A stretch of 64,000 bases of DNA from a virus. The stretch lies in IMG/VR virus record IMGVR_UViG_3300027754_005987, positions 45,205 through 109,204 of that record; one strand, written 5' to 3'. The position numbers and the translations under genes were made by a program. Positions within the stretch are counted from its first letter, which is position 1. Each line of letters starts with the position of its first letter. The notes below the pieces were generated by a model. It was given only the letters and a program-made list of their open reading frames with translations. It did not search any database and had not been told where the DNA came from. Shown here in pieces: positions 27,961 through 38,531 of this stretch.

Positions 27961-28824
27961 TTATTTAAATAATTGTAGAATTTTTTCAAATATTGTACGT
28001 TTTTTTGTTTCTTCTATTGTAAATTGTCTATAATTTTCTTTGTTTTTATTAATCTTCTCTTGTTCTAGTTTTTTATTTTCACTAATTTTATCAAACACAT
28101 CTTCAATTACTTTTATTAGTGGATGTCTTATGATATCATCTTTAGTAAATTCAACAATACCAATCTTATCAATATTTTTAAAGTTTGTTAATAAAAAGCT
28201 TAATGCGCTATCGTATTTGTTTTTAGCGTCTATTTGTTTGGTATCACCTAAAAAAACCATTTTAGAATTTTCACCTAATCTAGTCAATATTGTTCTTATA
28301 TTTTCGATTGATATATTTTGAACTTCATCAATAATAACGATAGCGTTATCAATGTTTACACCTCTAAGATAAGCTATTGGTAGGATTTCTATTTGGTTAG
28401 CGGTTTTTAATTTAGCAAATAATTCTTTACCTATTATTTTTTCAAAATTACCAGTAAAAGAATACATGAATGGCTCCATCTTTTCTTCCATGGTTCCCTT
28501 TAAAAAACCAATTTCTTCTGATTTAAGTGTTGTTACTGATTTAACTAGTACAATTTTTTTAATCAGGTCATTGTATTTTAATTCATGAAGTGCCTGTATA
28601 CAAGACAAAAATGTTTTTCCGCTACCAGCAGGTCCAGTACAAATTGTTACGTCACTGTTTTTTATTAATTGCGTTAGTTTTTTTTGGTTTTCATTCTTGT
28701 GTTTTATTTCAATCCTCATTTGGACCGTTAAATCAGTATTTATCTTTTGTTGGTCTGAAACACTTTCATCGCTTTTTTTAACTTTGGCTTTTGATGGTCT
28801 AGTTGTGGTTGTTTTTTTTATCAT
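27961..28824 (-). CDS. phoH: PhoH-family ATPase
   Basis: GPAGSGKT, EEIGFLKG, YLRG, IIDEVQN, LTRLGENSK, GDTKQID and DIIRHPLI motifs. Confidence 0.93.
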   Translation of the reverse strand: MIKKTTTTRPSKAKVKKSDESVSDQQKINTDLTVQMRIEIKHKNENQKKLTQLIKNSDVTICTGPAGSGKTFLSCIQALHELKYNDLIKKIVLVKSVTTLKSEEIGFLKGTMEEKMEPFMYSFTGNFEKIIGKELFAKLKTANQIEILPIAYLRGVNIDNAIVIIDEVQNISIENIRTILTRLGENSKMVFLGDTKQIDAKNKYDSALSFLLTNFKNIDKIGIVEFTKDDIIRHPLIKVIEDVFDKISENKKLEQEKINKNKENYRQFTIEETKKRTIFEKILQLFK

Positions 28825-28864
28825 AAATACTTTTATTATAAATATCGCATTTAATGCTTAAGGT

Positions 28865-29818
28865 TTATTTTTTAACTTTATCATCATATTTTTTATCCAA
28901 TACTTTAACTCTATACTCTTCTAATATTGACACCCCATTTGTTTCAATATCAGCACTAAATTTAATCACATAATGGCCATTAAACTCAACAATTTTTTCA
29001 AATTTTAAATTGTTATATTCGTATTCTAAAAAATCATTAACACCAATAGCTTTATATGTTATAAAACCAACTTTTTTAATATCTAGCATCGATGAACTAT
29101 TTGGATTAACTATGGCCTTTTTAACCTCGCTAATGAATAGTCTGGTTGTCCTAATAAACTCATCTGGATACATACTAACATAAAACTCTAAAAGTCTCTT
29201 AGAATCGCTTATTTTACGTATGTGTAATTTCTTTGTGTATTTTTCAAGTTCAAATTTAGGTAATGTTTCTCTTTCAATAATAATTGGCAATTCTGTTTTA
29301 TGAGATGCAAAATATTCGTTACCGCTAATTTCACCATGGCTTGCGCTTATGGCTTCACCAGCATCATTATAATTTATTTCAGCTTCATCTAATAATTTTA
29401 TATAATCATTGGCCATAGCATCACTACTACCAATAATTATTTCTGAATTATCAACAACCATTTCTAATATATAGTTATCTGATGGTTCTACATTTACCTT
29501 TTTTAACCCAGATTTATTGTCGGTTTTTTTTGTTTTTACAATAGGCATCCCATCATTGTCATAACCAATTATTTCTGAAGATGTATTTTGTGTTTCTTGT
29601 AAAATTTTATACATTCTCCACCGTAAATTTTCAACTTCTTGAGTAACAACAGCATTCTTTAAAGAATGCAATAATGTTGCAGCATCTTTTTCGTTAACTT
29701 TATTTATGTCAGATTCTAATTGTTCCCCTTTTTGGGAAAACGAATTTTTTTCAACATTTGCTAAGGCTAATGATAAGATAGCTATTTTTTGTTTAAACCA
29801 TTTTTTTAAATCAATCAT
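28865..29818 (-). CDS. Hypothetical protein
   Basis: 317-aa ORF overlapping the upstream GT17 gene. Confidence 0.6.
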   Translation of the reverse strand: MIDLKKWFKQKIAILSLALANVEKNSFSQKGEQLESDINKVNEKDAATLLHSLKNAVVTQEVENLRWRMYKILQETQNTSSEIIGYDNDGMPIVKTKKTDNKSGLKKVNVEPSDNYILEMVVDNSEIIIGSSDAMANDYIKLLDEAEINYNDAGEAISASHGEISGNEYFASHKTELPIIIERETLPKFELEKYTKKLHIRKISDSKRLLEFYVSMYPDEFIRTTRLFISEVKKAIVNPNSSSMLDIKKVGFITYKAIGVNDFLEYEYNNLKFEKIVEFNGHYVIKFSADIETNGVSILEEYRVKVLDKKYDDKVKK

Positions 29819-30669
29819 TTAATCATATGTTTATATTTTTCTAAATTATCCAATATGTATTTTGGATAAGTTTCGTCTATTTGAACTGGTGTTAATTGAC
29901 CTCTAAAAAATGGGTCGATATTATTATTAACATTATTATCTAAACTATTTAAAACATAACTATTAACTAAATCTCTAGCTGAATAAGATAATAATTTTGT
30001 TTTTATCATTTCGTTACCACCTTGAAAACTAAAATGCCACCCACCATTATCAATTTTATTACTTAAAGATTCATCACCTCTAACTTCATTAAATGATAAG
30101 TCTTTTATGTTTTTATATTTTGAAATTTTTGAACCGTACCAATCAGTTTGTTTTAATAGATTTATATAATAATAATAAGTTAATTGATTTAAAGAATATA
30201 TTGTATTATCAATTGATAACTCATTTATTTTTTCTAGCAACTTTGGATTTGGTATTTCGTCTGCATCAGATATGATAATTATATCATCATCAGAACATGA
30301 TATTAATGGTCTTCTAACACACTCTTTTTGAAAGAAATCTCTACCGTAATCTGGTTGTGTTGCTCTATTAAATCTATTAGTTTGTTTCACAACAAAATTA
30401 AATATGTCATTAAGTGTTTTGTCTTCACCATAATTTAAATTAATAAAATCACTAGGTGTGTCGTACACTTTATAATGTATTATTTTATCTAAAAATTTAG
30501 AATATCTTTCTTTATTTTCTTCAAAATAAAAAGGTTTTTCCTCACCAGAATGAGTAATACTAGATTCAACTATAACAAAATAATCAACATGTTCATATAA
30601 AACATTTAACCTAATTTCAAGTATCTCTAATTCATTAAAAAAATTAAAACAATCGTATATTTTTCCCAT
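29815..30669 (-). CDS. Glycosyltransferase family 17 (beta-1,4-GlcNAc transferase-like)
   Basis: IYDCFNFFNELEILEIRL, VDYFVIVES..THSG..KP, ISDADEIP and GWHFSF motifs. Confidence 0.88.
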   Translation of the reverse strand: MGKIYDCFNFFNELEILEIRLNVLYEHVDYFVIVESSITHSGEEKPFYFEENKERYSKFLDKIIHYKVYDTPSDFINLNYGEDKTLNDIFNFVVKQTNRFNRATQPDYGRDFFQKECVRRPLISCSDDDIIIISDADEIPNPKLLEKINELSIDNTIYSLNQLTYYYYINLLKQTDWYGSKISKYKNIKDLSFNEVRGDESLSNKIDNGGWHFSFQGGNEMIKTKLLSYSARDLVNSYVLNSLDNNVNNNIDPFFRGQLTPVQIDETYPKYILDNLEKYKHMIK

Positions 30670-31409
30670 TATAAAATTTTAAATATCAAATGACTTACAT
30701 CATTATTTAGTTTTTTGTTAATACCGAATATATTCCCACCAGTACCAGTTGGTGATATTGTGTTATCGATAAAATCAATTATGTTATTATCAAGTTTAAC
30801 TAAAGATTTATTAAAATCAATATTATGTATGTTATTATTTAAAATAACCCCAAGTAAACTAGGTTCAATCATTAAATAAAAATCAAAATTATCTAATAAA
30901 TCAACGTATTGTTTAATTCCACCACTATATTCAACTTGAATATATGACACCTTATTTTCAAATTTGATTGTATTAATACCACCATTTATTACATTATAAT
31001 CAAGTCCTTCTACGTCTATTTTAATAAAATCAATATTATTGATTTTATTATCTTTGACATATGTATCTAAAGTTCTTAATGAGTATCTTTCACCATAATC
31101 TATGGGTGGAACATACCAATGTGGTATAAATGATTGAGTATTACTATAATATACGCAATCATCAGAATTTTTATCCGATAACCCAAATTCATTTAAAATT
31201 AATTTGTTTTTTGGTAATAAGTTAATTTTATCTTTTATTGATGTTAGCGCATCGATAAATGGTTCAAATAAATGATATTCCACATTTTGTTTTATTTCAT
31301 AAAAATATAAATCATCACGACATCCAACATCAAACACTATTTTAAAATCTTTACTCATTCGTTTATAAATTTCCAATTCATTATTTGGAATTTCGCTATA
31401 TTCACCCAT
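30669..31409 (-). CDS. FkbM-family methyltransferase
   Basis: VFDVGC, FEP, GLSD and TLD...IDFIKIDVEG motifs. Confidence 0.85.
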   Translation of the reverse strand: MGEYSEIPNNELEIYKRMSKDFKIVFDVGCRDDLYFYEIKQNVEYHLFEPFIDALTSIKDKINLLPKNKLILNEFGLSDKNSDDCVYYSNTQSFIPHWYVPPIDYGERYSLRTLDTYVKDNKINNIDFIKIDVEGLDYNVINGGINTIKFENKVSYIQVEYSGGIKQYVDLLDNFDFYLMIEPSLLGVILNNNIHNIDFNKSLVKLDNNIIDFIDNTISPTGTGGNIFGINKKLNNDVSHLIFKIL

Positions 31410-31410
31410 A

Positions 31411-32322
31411 TTAAATTATATTTTTAATTCTATAATATTCATTAGCCTCATTTTTACATGTTTGATAATCAAATAAGTTACCTTCTCTATCCATATATGT
31501 AAAACACCTTGTATAAGCGTCACCTGTTGCCCAATACCCATCACTAACATTATGTCTGGCCCAATATTTTGGTGCGATAATTTTATTTACATTTATATTT
31601 AACCATGCTGCCCACCAACCAAATGTTGAATTTGATATAATTAACCATTTAGCTTGATTAACAACATAATAATCAAAACCAACATCAACATGTACCGCTT
31701 GAATAGGGAATGGCATAAAACTATTGGCGCATTGTACATCATCGGTAATTAATAAAAATCGCATATTAGGGTTTAAAGATAACATATGGTTAACAGCATC
31801 TCTCCAATATTCTCTTCGTAACAAAACATTTGGGATGTTACGATACTCTCCACCTCTAAAGTTAATAACACATAAATTATCATCTAAAGTAACACCCATT
31901 TCAGATAATAAATTATCATAAACTATTTTAGATTCTTCTTTTATCTCAAACCATTTTTTTATATCTTCTTTTCTATCGATAATATAGTCTTCTGACTGAT
32001 ATATACCACCTTTAGCTCCATTATGACCTAACATAATAGTATTATCACCAATACTATATAAAGACTCATTTAACATTGTTATATTAACTTCATCAACATG
32101 GCGAATTGTTTTCCACAGTTCATGAAATTCAGTTGTTATGTTTTTAACCTCTTTACCAAAATCAACATTCATAAACGTCATTTGGCTTTGTCCGTTAAAA
32201 TAATCGTGACTAGGATTTGGGTTAATACCCCATTCGTAACCTATTTTTTCTGCAATAGTTCTGCATACGGCATATTGCCACATATGGTTACCTAGATTTC
32301 CCGTTAAGTTAGTACTAATCAA
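31411..32322 (-). CDS. Glycosyltransferase family 11 (alpha-1,2-fucosyltransferase-like)
   Basis: GNLGNHMWQYA, YQSEDY, INFRGGEY and NSTFGWWAAWL motifs. Confidence 0.85.
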   Translation of the reverse strand: MISTNLTGNLGNHMWQYAVCRTIAEKIGYEWGINPNPSHDYFNGQSQMTFMNVDFGKEVKNITTEFHELWKTIRHVDEVNITMLNESLYSIGDNTIMLGHNGAKGGIYQSEDYIIDRKEDIKKWFEIKEESKIVYDNLLSEMGVTLDDNLCVINFRGGEYRNIPNVLLRREYWRDAVNHMLSLNPNMRFLLITDDVQCANSFMPFPIQAVHVDVGFDYYVVNQAKWLIISNSTFGWWAAWLNINVNKIIAPKYWARHNVSDGYWATGDAYTRCFTYMDREGNLFDYQTCKNEANEYYRIKNII

Positions 32323-32756
32323 TTGTTTAAGTATTTAATTGCTTCTGATAGCAAATCTTTATTGTCTTTAAATCTTCCTAAACCATTGTTACAACTAAGG
32401 CATAATAAACCTCTTACTTTGCCAGTTTCATGATTATGGTCTACAGCTAAAGCTCTATCAAATTCAGTTTGATGCCTGTGGCAAATAGCACAAGATTCAT
32501 TTTGTTTTTCTAATAGTTTGTTATAATCTTCAAAAGTTATATCAAAATCACGTACTAAGTTTAAATGTTTAACTCTATCTTTATTAGCCTCATGCCAAGC
32601 TTTGCTTTTTGCGTTAATATGATTTTTATTATTTTTATAATAATTTTTTCTTTGTTCTGGATTAGCAGTTTTCCAAGCAACAATTCTAGCGTCTATTTTA
32701 TCTTTATTTGCTTTACGATATTCCTTATCATAAATAGATTTTTCTTCTTTTGTCAT
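32319..32756 (-). CDS. Endonuclease VII-family (homing-type) nuclease
   Basis: CAICH...LAVDHNHETGKVRGLLCLSCNNGLG.F.D. Confidence 0.85.
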   Translation of the reverse strand: MTKEEKSIYDKEYRKANKDKIDARIVAWKTANPEQRKNYYKNNKNHINAKSKAWHEANKDRVKHLNLVRDFDITFEDYNKLLEKQNESCAICHRHQTEFDRALAVDHNHETGKVRGLLCLSCNNGLGRFKDNKDLLSEAIKYLNN

Positions 32757-32834
32757 TTTAATATTTTAAACTTCAATTTTGTTTTTTGTTATCATTTTAA
32801 TTGTATTTTATTATTGTTATTGCATATTAACTAT

Positions 32835-33641
32835 TTATAACGCTATATTTCGATAATTTTCTAATGTGTTAGTCGTATCTAAGAATTGTCTTTGAGGAGC
32901 AAAAGCATAATGACTAAATAAAGATTTACCAAAAATAATATTAGTTGTGTTTAATTCTTTAGGTTTATCAACAGATAACCAATTTTCTTCAGAAATACCT
33001 ACTTCACCGTTAAACGTTTTAAATGTTTTACCTAACCATGAAATACTATTAATAGAACACCTTTCAAAATATTTCAATTCCCAATTGTCAATAAAAAAAT
33101 CACTTATTTTATTTTCAGTCATTTTTTCAAAAAAGTAATTATGTAATGAGAAACAAAAATCTGGGTTTCTCCATCCATTTTCATCTAAACAATCATAATT
33201 AACTGATGGTAAGTTTTTTATAATACCTTTTCTTTGGTATATGTTAGTAACAATTGCATTATTTAATATATTACCATAAACTAAAAAATATTGTTCATTT
33301 GCTAACCTAAAGTCGAATAAATCCTTTATTGAGTTTTTATTAATATATACTATATCGTCATCTAATCTCAAATATACTGAATTTTCGTCAATACATTTTT
33401 TAAAAAAATTACAGATAGTTGCTGTGTGGCTTCCATTTGGGTCAATAGGTATTTCAGAATACTGTAGTTCTATATAGTCATAATCTTTAACTAGATTTTC
33501 AATATAATTAATGTCTTCATCATTAGTGGTGTTAACCCAAATTACCCATTTATCAAATTCATCTTTACATTTATATAAATTCTTATGTAATATTTCAAGG
33601 TATCTTTTCCTACCTGCTGGTGTTACTATTATTTTTTTCAT
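32835..33641 (-). CDS. Putative GT-A-fold glycosyltransferase
   Basis: VTPAGRKRYL; YLRLDDDIVYI (DxD); located in the glycan cluster. Confidence 0.55.
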   Translation of the reverse strand: MKKIIVTPAGRKRYLEILHKNLYKCKDEFDKWVIWVNTTNDEDINYIENLVKDYDYIELQYSEIPIDPNGSHTATICNFFKKCIDENSVYLRLDDDIVYINKNSIKDLFDFRLANEQYFLVYGNILNNAIVTNIYQRKGIIKNLPSVNYDCLDENGWRNPDFCFSLHNYFFEKMTENKISDFFIDNWELKYFERCSINSISWLGKTFKTFNGEVGISEENWLSVDKPKELNTTNIIFGKSLFSHYAFAPQRQFLDTTNTLENYRNIAL

Positions 33642-34725
33642 TATGAATTGTTTTAGTTTTTTTTATTGCTGACGCTATTATTTGGTGCATGTCATAGTAT
33701 TTATATTCTGCTAATCTACCACCAAAGTAAATATTTTTTAATTGTTTAGTTTCTTCGTTGTAATTGGAATATCTTTGATTATTTATTTCATCATTAACTG
33801 GGTAATATGGTTCAGTAACATTTGCTTTATATTCTGTAGGATATTCAAAAGTTACCCAAGTAACGTCAGATTCTATTTTTTCAAAATGTTTATGTTCTAC
33901 AACTCTTGTAAATGGTGTTTCAATATCAGTATAATTCATCATTGCTGTACCTTGATAGTCATCACACATTATTTTTTTATGTTCAAAATTAGTTGTTTTA
34001 TATTCTAATTCACCATATTTGTAATTAAAAAATTTATCAATAGGTCCAGTGTAAATTAAATTATCATATTCTGGTAACTCATCTTTGAAATAGTTAGTAT
34101 TAAGTCTAACTTCAATATCAATTAATAACTTTTCAAATATTTGTGTGTAACCCCCAATAGGTATTCCTTGGTATTTATCATTAAAATAGTTATTATCATA
34201 TGTAAAACGAACAGGTAATCTTTTTATTATTTCTTTTGGTAAATATTTAGGTTCTTTTTTCCATTGTTTTGATGTGTAACCCTTAATTAATTTCTCGTAT
34301 ATGTCAGTACCAACTAATTTTATGGCTTGTTCCTCTAAATTTTTTGGTTCTTTAATGTGGTCACTTTGAACTTTAATTATTTTTTTTGCTTCCTCTGGGT
34401 GTGTAACATTCCATAATTTTGAAAATGTCCACATATTAAATGGTAATGAATAAATCTCATCTTTATAATTAGCAACAGGCCTTAACGTAAAATCATTAAA
34501 AGAGACAAATTGATTAGTCCATTTCCAAACCTCTTCATCAGAAGTATGAAAAATATGTGGACCATATTCGTGTATGTTAATACCATCTTTATTTGATGTG
34601 TAGCAATTACCACCAATATGTTTTCTACTTTCAATCACACATATTTTATAACCAAGTTTATTCAATTCATAAGCGCATATTGAACCAAATAACCCAGAAC
34701 CAACTATTAAAAAATCATATTTCAT
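33610..34725 (-). CDS. glf: UDP-galactopyranose mutase
   Basis: IVGSGLFG, HIGGNCY, YGPHIFHT, YFNDKYQGIP, EPYYPVND and GRLAEYKYYDMHQ motifs. Confidence 0.95.
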   Translation of the reverse strand: MKYDFLIVGSGLFGSICAYELNKLGYKICVIESRKHIGGNCYTSNKDGINIHEYGPHIFHTSDEEVWKWTNQFVSFNDFTLRPVANYKDEIYSLPFNMWTFSKLWNVTHPEEAKKIIKVQSDHIKEPKNLEEQAIKLVGTDIYEKLIKGYTSKQWKKEPKYLPKEIIKRLPVRFTYDNNYFNDKYQGIPIGGYTQIFEKLLIDIEVRLNTNYFKDELPEYDNLIYTGPIDKFFNYKYGELEYKTTNFEHKKIMCDDYQGTAMMNYTDIETPFTRVVEHKHFEKIESDVTWVTFEYPTEYKANVTEPYYPVNDEINNQRYSNYNEETKQLKNIYFGGRLAEYKYYDMHQIIASAIKKTKTIHNEKNNSNTSR

Positions 34726-35665
34726 CTCTAAATATTATTTTTTTTATTTGTTCTAATTTTTTAAATTTATCTTTATACATACTTCCAGATTTAAAATGAA
34801 ATATAGGAGATTTTTCAATCGGTTCACCTAAAACTTGTATAAAATCACTATCTACTGGATTGTCAAAATCAAAAGGGTCTATATACAATTCTTTTATTTT
34901 GATTATTTTTTCTAATACATAATTTTCATAATTAGTGTTATTTTCTTCATATGGAAAACTTTTAACACCCATTTGAATACCTTCATTTATTTTTCTATTT
35001 TCATGGTTTAAGTTTGTAGTAAATCCAATACCCCCATTTAACCCTGAATATAAAACATCACCAATTAATTTATGGTGTGTCCACATTTCAAAATAACCAA
35101 CATCATTAATGTCAATATTTTGTATAAATTTATATGTTTGACCACCAACATCTGATATACCACGAATAAAATCCCAATCAAAATATTGTCTTAAATTTTT
35201 TTCATTTATATATTCATTATCGAATAATAAAATACCATCCCACATATAGAAATAACGAAAAGTACCATCATGTACTACATGAAATGGTGTATCTCTATAT
35301 TGTGGGTTAAAATATATTTTTTTATCAGACATTAATTTTTTATAATTTAATTTATTAATAAAAAACATGTCTGAATGTATTAACATTAAATAATCAGTAC
35401 TTTTACTTTGAATAGTTTCTCTATACCAAGCATATTGTTCAACAACATATTGAGGAAATGCAGTTCTTACACCATCATATTGTATAATTTCTATGTTATT
35501 ATTAACACAAATTGTTTTAATTTCATCAGCATGTGCATTTGAAGCGTTTATTACTATAAAATCAGTATTCCCATCATCCATGTGTTTTTTAAATGAATCT
35601 ATTTGTAATTGCAGATATTCTGGATTTTTATCTGGAAATGTATAAATTTTTAATCTTTTTTCCAT
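34715..35665 (-). CDS. Putative GT-A-fold glycosyltransferase
   Basis: YLQLQIDSFKK, LMLIHSDMFF and SDVGG motifs; cluster context. Confidence 0.45.
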   Translation of the reverse strand: MEKRLKIYTFPDKNPEYLQLQIDSFKKHMDDGNTDFIVINASNAHADEIKTICVNNNIEIIQYDGVRTAFPQYVVEQYAWYRETIQSKSTDYLMLIHSDMFFINKLNYKKLMSDKKIYFNPQYRDTPFHVVHDGTFRYFYMWDGILLFDNEYINEKNLRQYFDWDFIRGISDVGGQTYKFIQNIDINDVGYFEMWTHHKLIGDVLYSGLNGGIGFTTNLNHENRKINEGIQMGVKSFPYEENNTNYENYVLEKIIKIKELYIDPFDFDNPVDSDFIQVLGEPIEKSPIFHFKSGSMYKDKFKKLEQIKKIIFRDEI

Positions 35666-35673
35666 ATTTTTTT

Positions 35674-36360
35674 TTATTTTTTAGTTTTATAATTTGGGTT
35701 GAAGATGTAGCACTCTAATCGTTCAATTAACCATGGTGCTATTTCGTTTTCTTCTAATAAATTAACAATTTCACGATAAAAATCTACTGACCTTAGATGA
35801 ATATGTTCTTTGCTGGCACCAAAATGACCACCAGGCATAAATTCATAAATATTTGGTCTAGGACCATCAAATAATATATCCCAGTATGCATCAACATTTA
35901 TCTTTGGGTTATGGTCGTGTGGCATACCATTGCTATAACAAGCGATTATTTTACCGTTACCATGATGTTGTGATGGATACATTGTATGCATCATACCACC
36001 TTTTTCTGACGGTATTGTTATTGTGTTAAAATGATAACCGTAATAACCACCAATATTTAATGCTGCACGATTTTTAAAAGTTTCAACATCACTATTTACC
36101 ACGTAAATTAAATCTTCCCAATGGTCAAATGGATAATCTTGAACAAAAAATGTAAAATCAGATAGATTATTATAGTTTTTATAAATGTGATTAAAAAATG
36201 TATGAACACACCTACCAAAATTAGGTTCAATTAATATTTCATCTTCACCCAACGGTAAAATATTACCTTTACGATATATCGTTTTTTTTATATCTTTATT
36301 TAAATCAGATAACCAATTAATTGGTTTATCATAGGCTGCAATAACGATTTCTTTACACAT
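35674..36360 (-). CDS. DUF3431-family protein (glycan-cluster associated)
   Basis: IVIAAYD...W, PNFGRCVHTFFNHI..NY..L...TFFVQ..PFDH and LIERL motifs. Confidence 0.75.
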   Translation of the reverse strand: MCKEIVIAAYDKPINWLSDLNKDIKKTIYRKGNILPLGEDEILIEPNFGRCVHTFFNHIYKNYNNLSDFTFFVQDYPFDHWEDLIYVVNSDVETFKNRAALNIGGYYGYHFNTITIPSEKGGMMHTMYPSQHHGNGKIIACYSNGMPHDHNPKINVDAYWDILFDGPRPNIYEFMPGGHFGASKEHIHLRSVDFYREIVNLLEENEIAPWLIERLECYIFNPNYKTKK

Positions 36361-36418
36361 ATTAATTTTATATTTATTATAACTTATAATTTAATAAAAT
36401 AAGTTAAAAAGTAAACTA

Positions 36419-37180
36419 TTAACCATGTTTATAATAAAGATTTTTATCTTTATATATTAATCTAAATAAATTATTTTTAGCTAAATATTCAGATAATCTA
36501 GCCTCAAACGCATTTGTACCACCATATGGTGGCCCATTGTAAAAACCCATTTTAGGGCAATTGTAATCAATATTTTTTAATTTATCAACATGTCCAATAA
36601 AAATTTGGTCACTAAAAACAGGACTACACCAAAAATCAGTTAAAGCATAATTATTTGAGTAATTTGATGCGTTAATTTGTTCCCATTCGCCAACACATGT
36701 AACATTATTTGGTATCCCGTTTGGGACACCAAAAGTTTCCCAGTGTTTATCCCATGATATAGTTGTTACTGGGTAAAAATTATCATCATTTAAAATATTA
36801 ATAGATTTTTCAAAATAATCATCATTAATATTTATTTCATGACAACAATCACTACTAACATTAAAAATAAATGGTGTTTTAATATTTAAAATAGCAACAA
36901 AATATGGTATTGAATACCAATAACCAGTTGAATTTTTGTCCATATTTAATTTAAAAAAATCTAATGATTTCTTATCATGGTCATCAACAAAAATAATATC
37001 AAAATCATTGTTGATTTTTAACTGGTTAGTTAATTCATTAAATAAATCAAAAGATGTTAAATTATTTATGATTAACATCTTTTTTGTTACATATTTGTTT
37101 TTAAATTTAAAAAACCATGAATCTTGATTTAAAATTTCAGTGAAGTTACCTTCATATAAAATAGTGGTAAGTGTAATCAT
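36419..37180 (-). CDS. Hypothetical protein, possibly GT-like
   Basis: 253-aa ORF in the glycan cluster; IFNVSSD as a possible xxD motif. Confidence 0.45.
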   Translation of the reverse strand: MITLTTILYEGNFTEILNQDSWFFKFKNKYVTKKMLIINNLTSFDLFNELTNQLKINNDFDIIFVDDHDKKSLDFFKLNMDKNSTGYWYSIPYFVAILNIKTPFIFNVSSDCCHEININDDYFEKSINILNDDNFYPVTTISWDKHWETFGVPNGIPNNVTCVGEWEQINASNYSNNYALTDFWCSPVFSDQIFIGHVDKLKNIDYNCPKMGFYNGPPYGGTNAFEARLSEYLAKNNLFRLIYKDKNLYYKHG

Positions 37181-37185
37181 ATTAT

Positions 37186-37839
37186 TTATATTAATGAATT
37201 ATATTTATTATGTTTACCATGAAAACCAAACGGTATGATATTATAATTTTCAGGTATTGTATTTTCAATAGAAAATTCAGCCGCAATGTTTATTGGTGCG
37301 TAAACACAACTATGTTCTTCAAATATATGTTTATTGTGAACAGCAAAAAACCCATCTTCATTATAATACCCAAAATACGGTTTCCATTCTAAGTTTAATT
37401 TTGTTGGTAATTCCAATAATTTTTTACTTCTTAAACTAAACCCACCATTACCAACTCTACATAAATTACCAAATGGGTCTCTATATGATATATTATCAGT
37501 TATTGTTGGGGTTGGGAATGGTGCTCCAATATAATCATATTTTAAAAATATATCATTCCATTTATCTGGATTCACAATAAAGCCATCATCTTGTATGATT
37601 AAAACAAAGTCAGTATTTATATATTTGTGTAATTCATAAACTATAAATCTACTATAATTTATATAATCTAATGATTCTATTTTAACAACATCAATATCAT
37701 CACAAATAACATCCACATCAGTAAATAATTTAATTTCATTAAATGAAATACCACGCATTGAGTATCTCAATGCTTTTATTGTTCTTTCAACATTTACAGA
37801 TGTTACTGATACTAATGTAACATTATCAAGCTTTACCAT
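37186..37839 (-). CDS. DUF5672-family (GT-A-like) protein
   Basis: LIIQDDGF, YDYIGAP, VGNGGFSLRS, NEDGFF and PFGFH motifs. Confidence 0.8.
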   Translation of the reverse strand: MVKLDNVTLVSVTSVNVERTIKALRYSMRGISFNEIKLFTDVDVICDDIDVVKIESLDYINYSRFIVYELHKYINTDFVLIIQDDGFIVNPDKWNDIFLKYDYIGAPFPTPTITDNISYRDPFGNLCRVGNGGFSLRSKKLLELPTKLNLEWKPYFGYYNEDGFFAVHNKHIFEEHSCVYAPINIAAEFSIENTIPENYNIIPFGFHGKHNKYNSLI

Positions 37840-38530
37840 ATTTACTCATTAAAATATTTGATTCATTATCTTTAACACTTTGAGGTGTTTTATCAGTCAA
37901 ACCATTACCATGTGTTCTATTTACAACTGTTATTTCATTAATTATTGTTGGTTTACCATGCTTTAAAAATAACCTGTAATAATATTCACAATCAACAAAC
38001 CAATTTAAAGTTTCATCAAAATAAATCAAATCTTCGTTTTTAATTGTTAAATTACTAGGATTACCTAAAGTATTATTTCCACTCCATATATTTTCACTTA
38101 ATTTTGGATGATACAATCTGTAAAAAGTAAAACCATCATTACTATGATAAAAAGTAGTTATTAACCATTTAATATTTGGGTTATCGTTAAGTATCTCATA
38201 TTGTGACAATAAAGAGTTTTCATCATATAAGAAATCATCTTGAAATAAAACTTTAATCCATTTACCTTTACAGTTTTTAATAGCATTGTTTAAATTTGGT
38301 GAAATAAAACCCCTACCTTTATCATTACTATAATATTTAATATTTAATTTATCAACCCATTCATTATATACATTTTTAATTGTATTATCTAAACTATGGT
38401 CCGATAAAATAACTTCAAAATCTTTAAAATTTTGTTGTTGTAATATATTAAAATTATGTTGTAAGAATTCAACACCCTTTCCTTCATAACCATAAGCTGG
38501 TATCGCAATCGAAAAAAACGGATTTGTCAT
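37826..38530 (-). CDS. Glycosyltransferase family 2
   Basis: FSIAIPAY, QNFKDFEVILSDHS and NNAIKNCKGKWIKVLFQDD motifs. Confidence 0.88.
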   Translation of the reverse strand: MTNPFFSIAIPAYGYEGKGVEFLQHNFNILQQQNFKDFEVILSDHSLDNTIKNVYNEWVDKLNIKYYSNDKGRGFISPNLNNAIKNCKGKWIKVLFQDDFLYDENSLLSQYEILNDNPNIKWLITTFYHSNDGFTFYRLYHPKLSENIWSGNNTLGNPSNLTIKNEDLIYFDETLNWFVDCEYYYRLFLKHGKPTIINEITVVNRTHGNGLTDKTPQSVKDNESNILMSKYGKA

Positions 38531-38531
38531 A

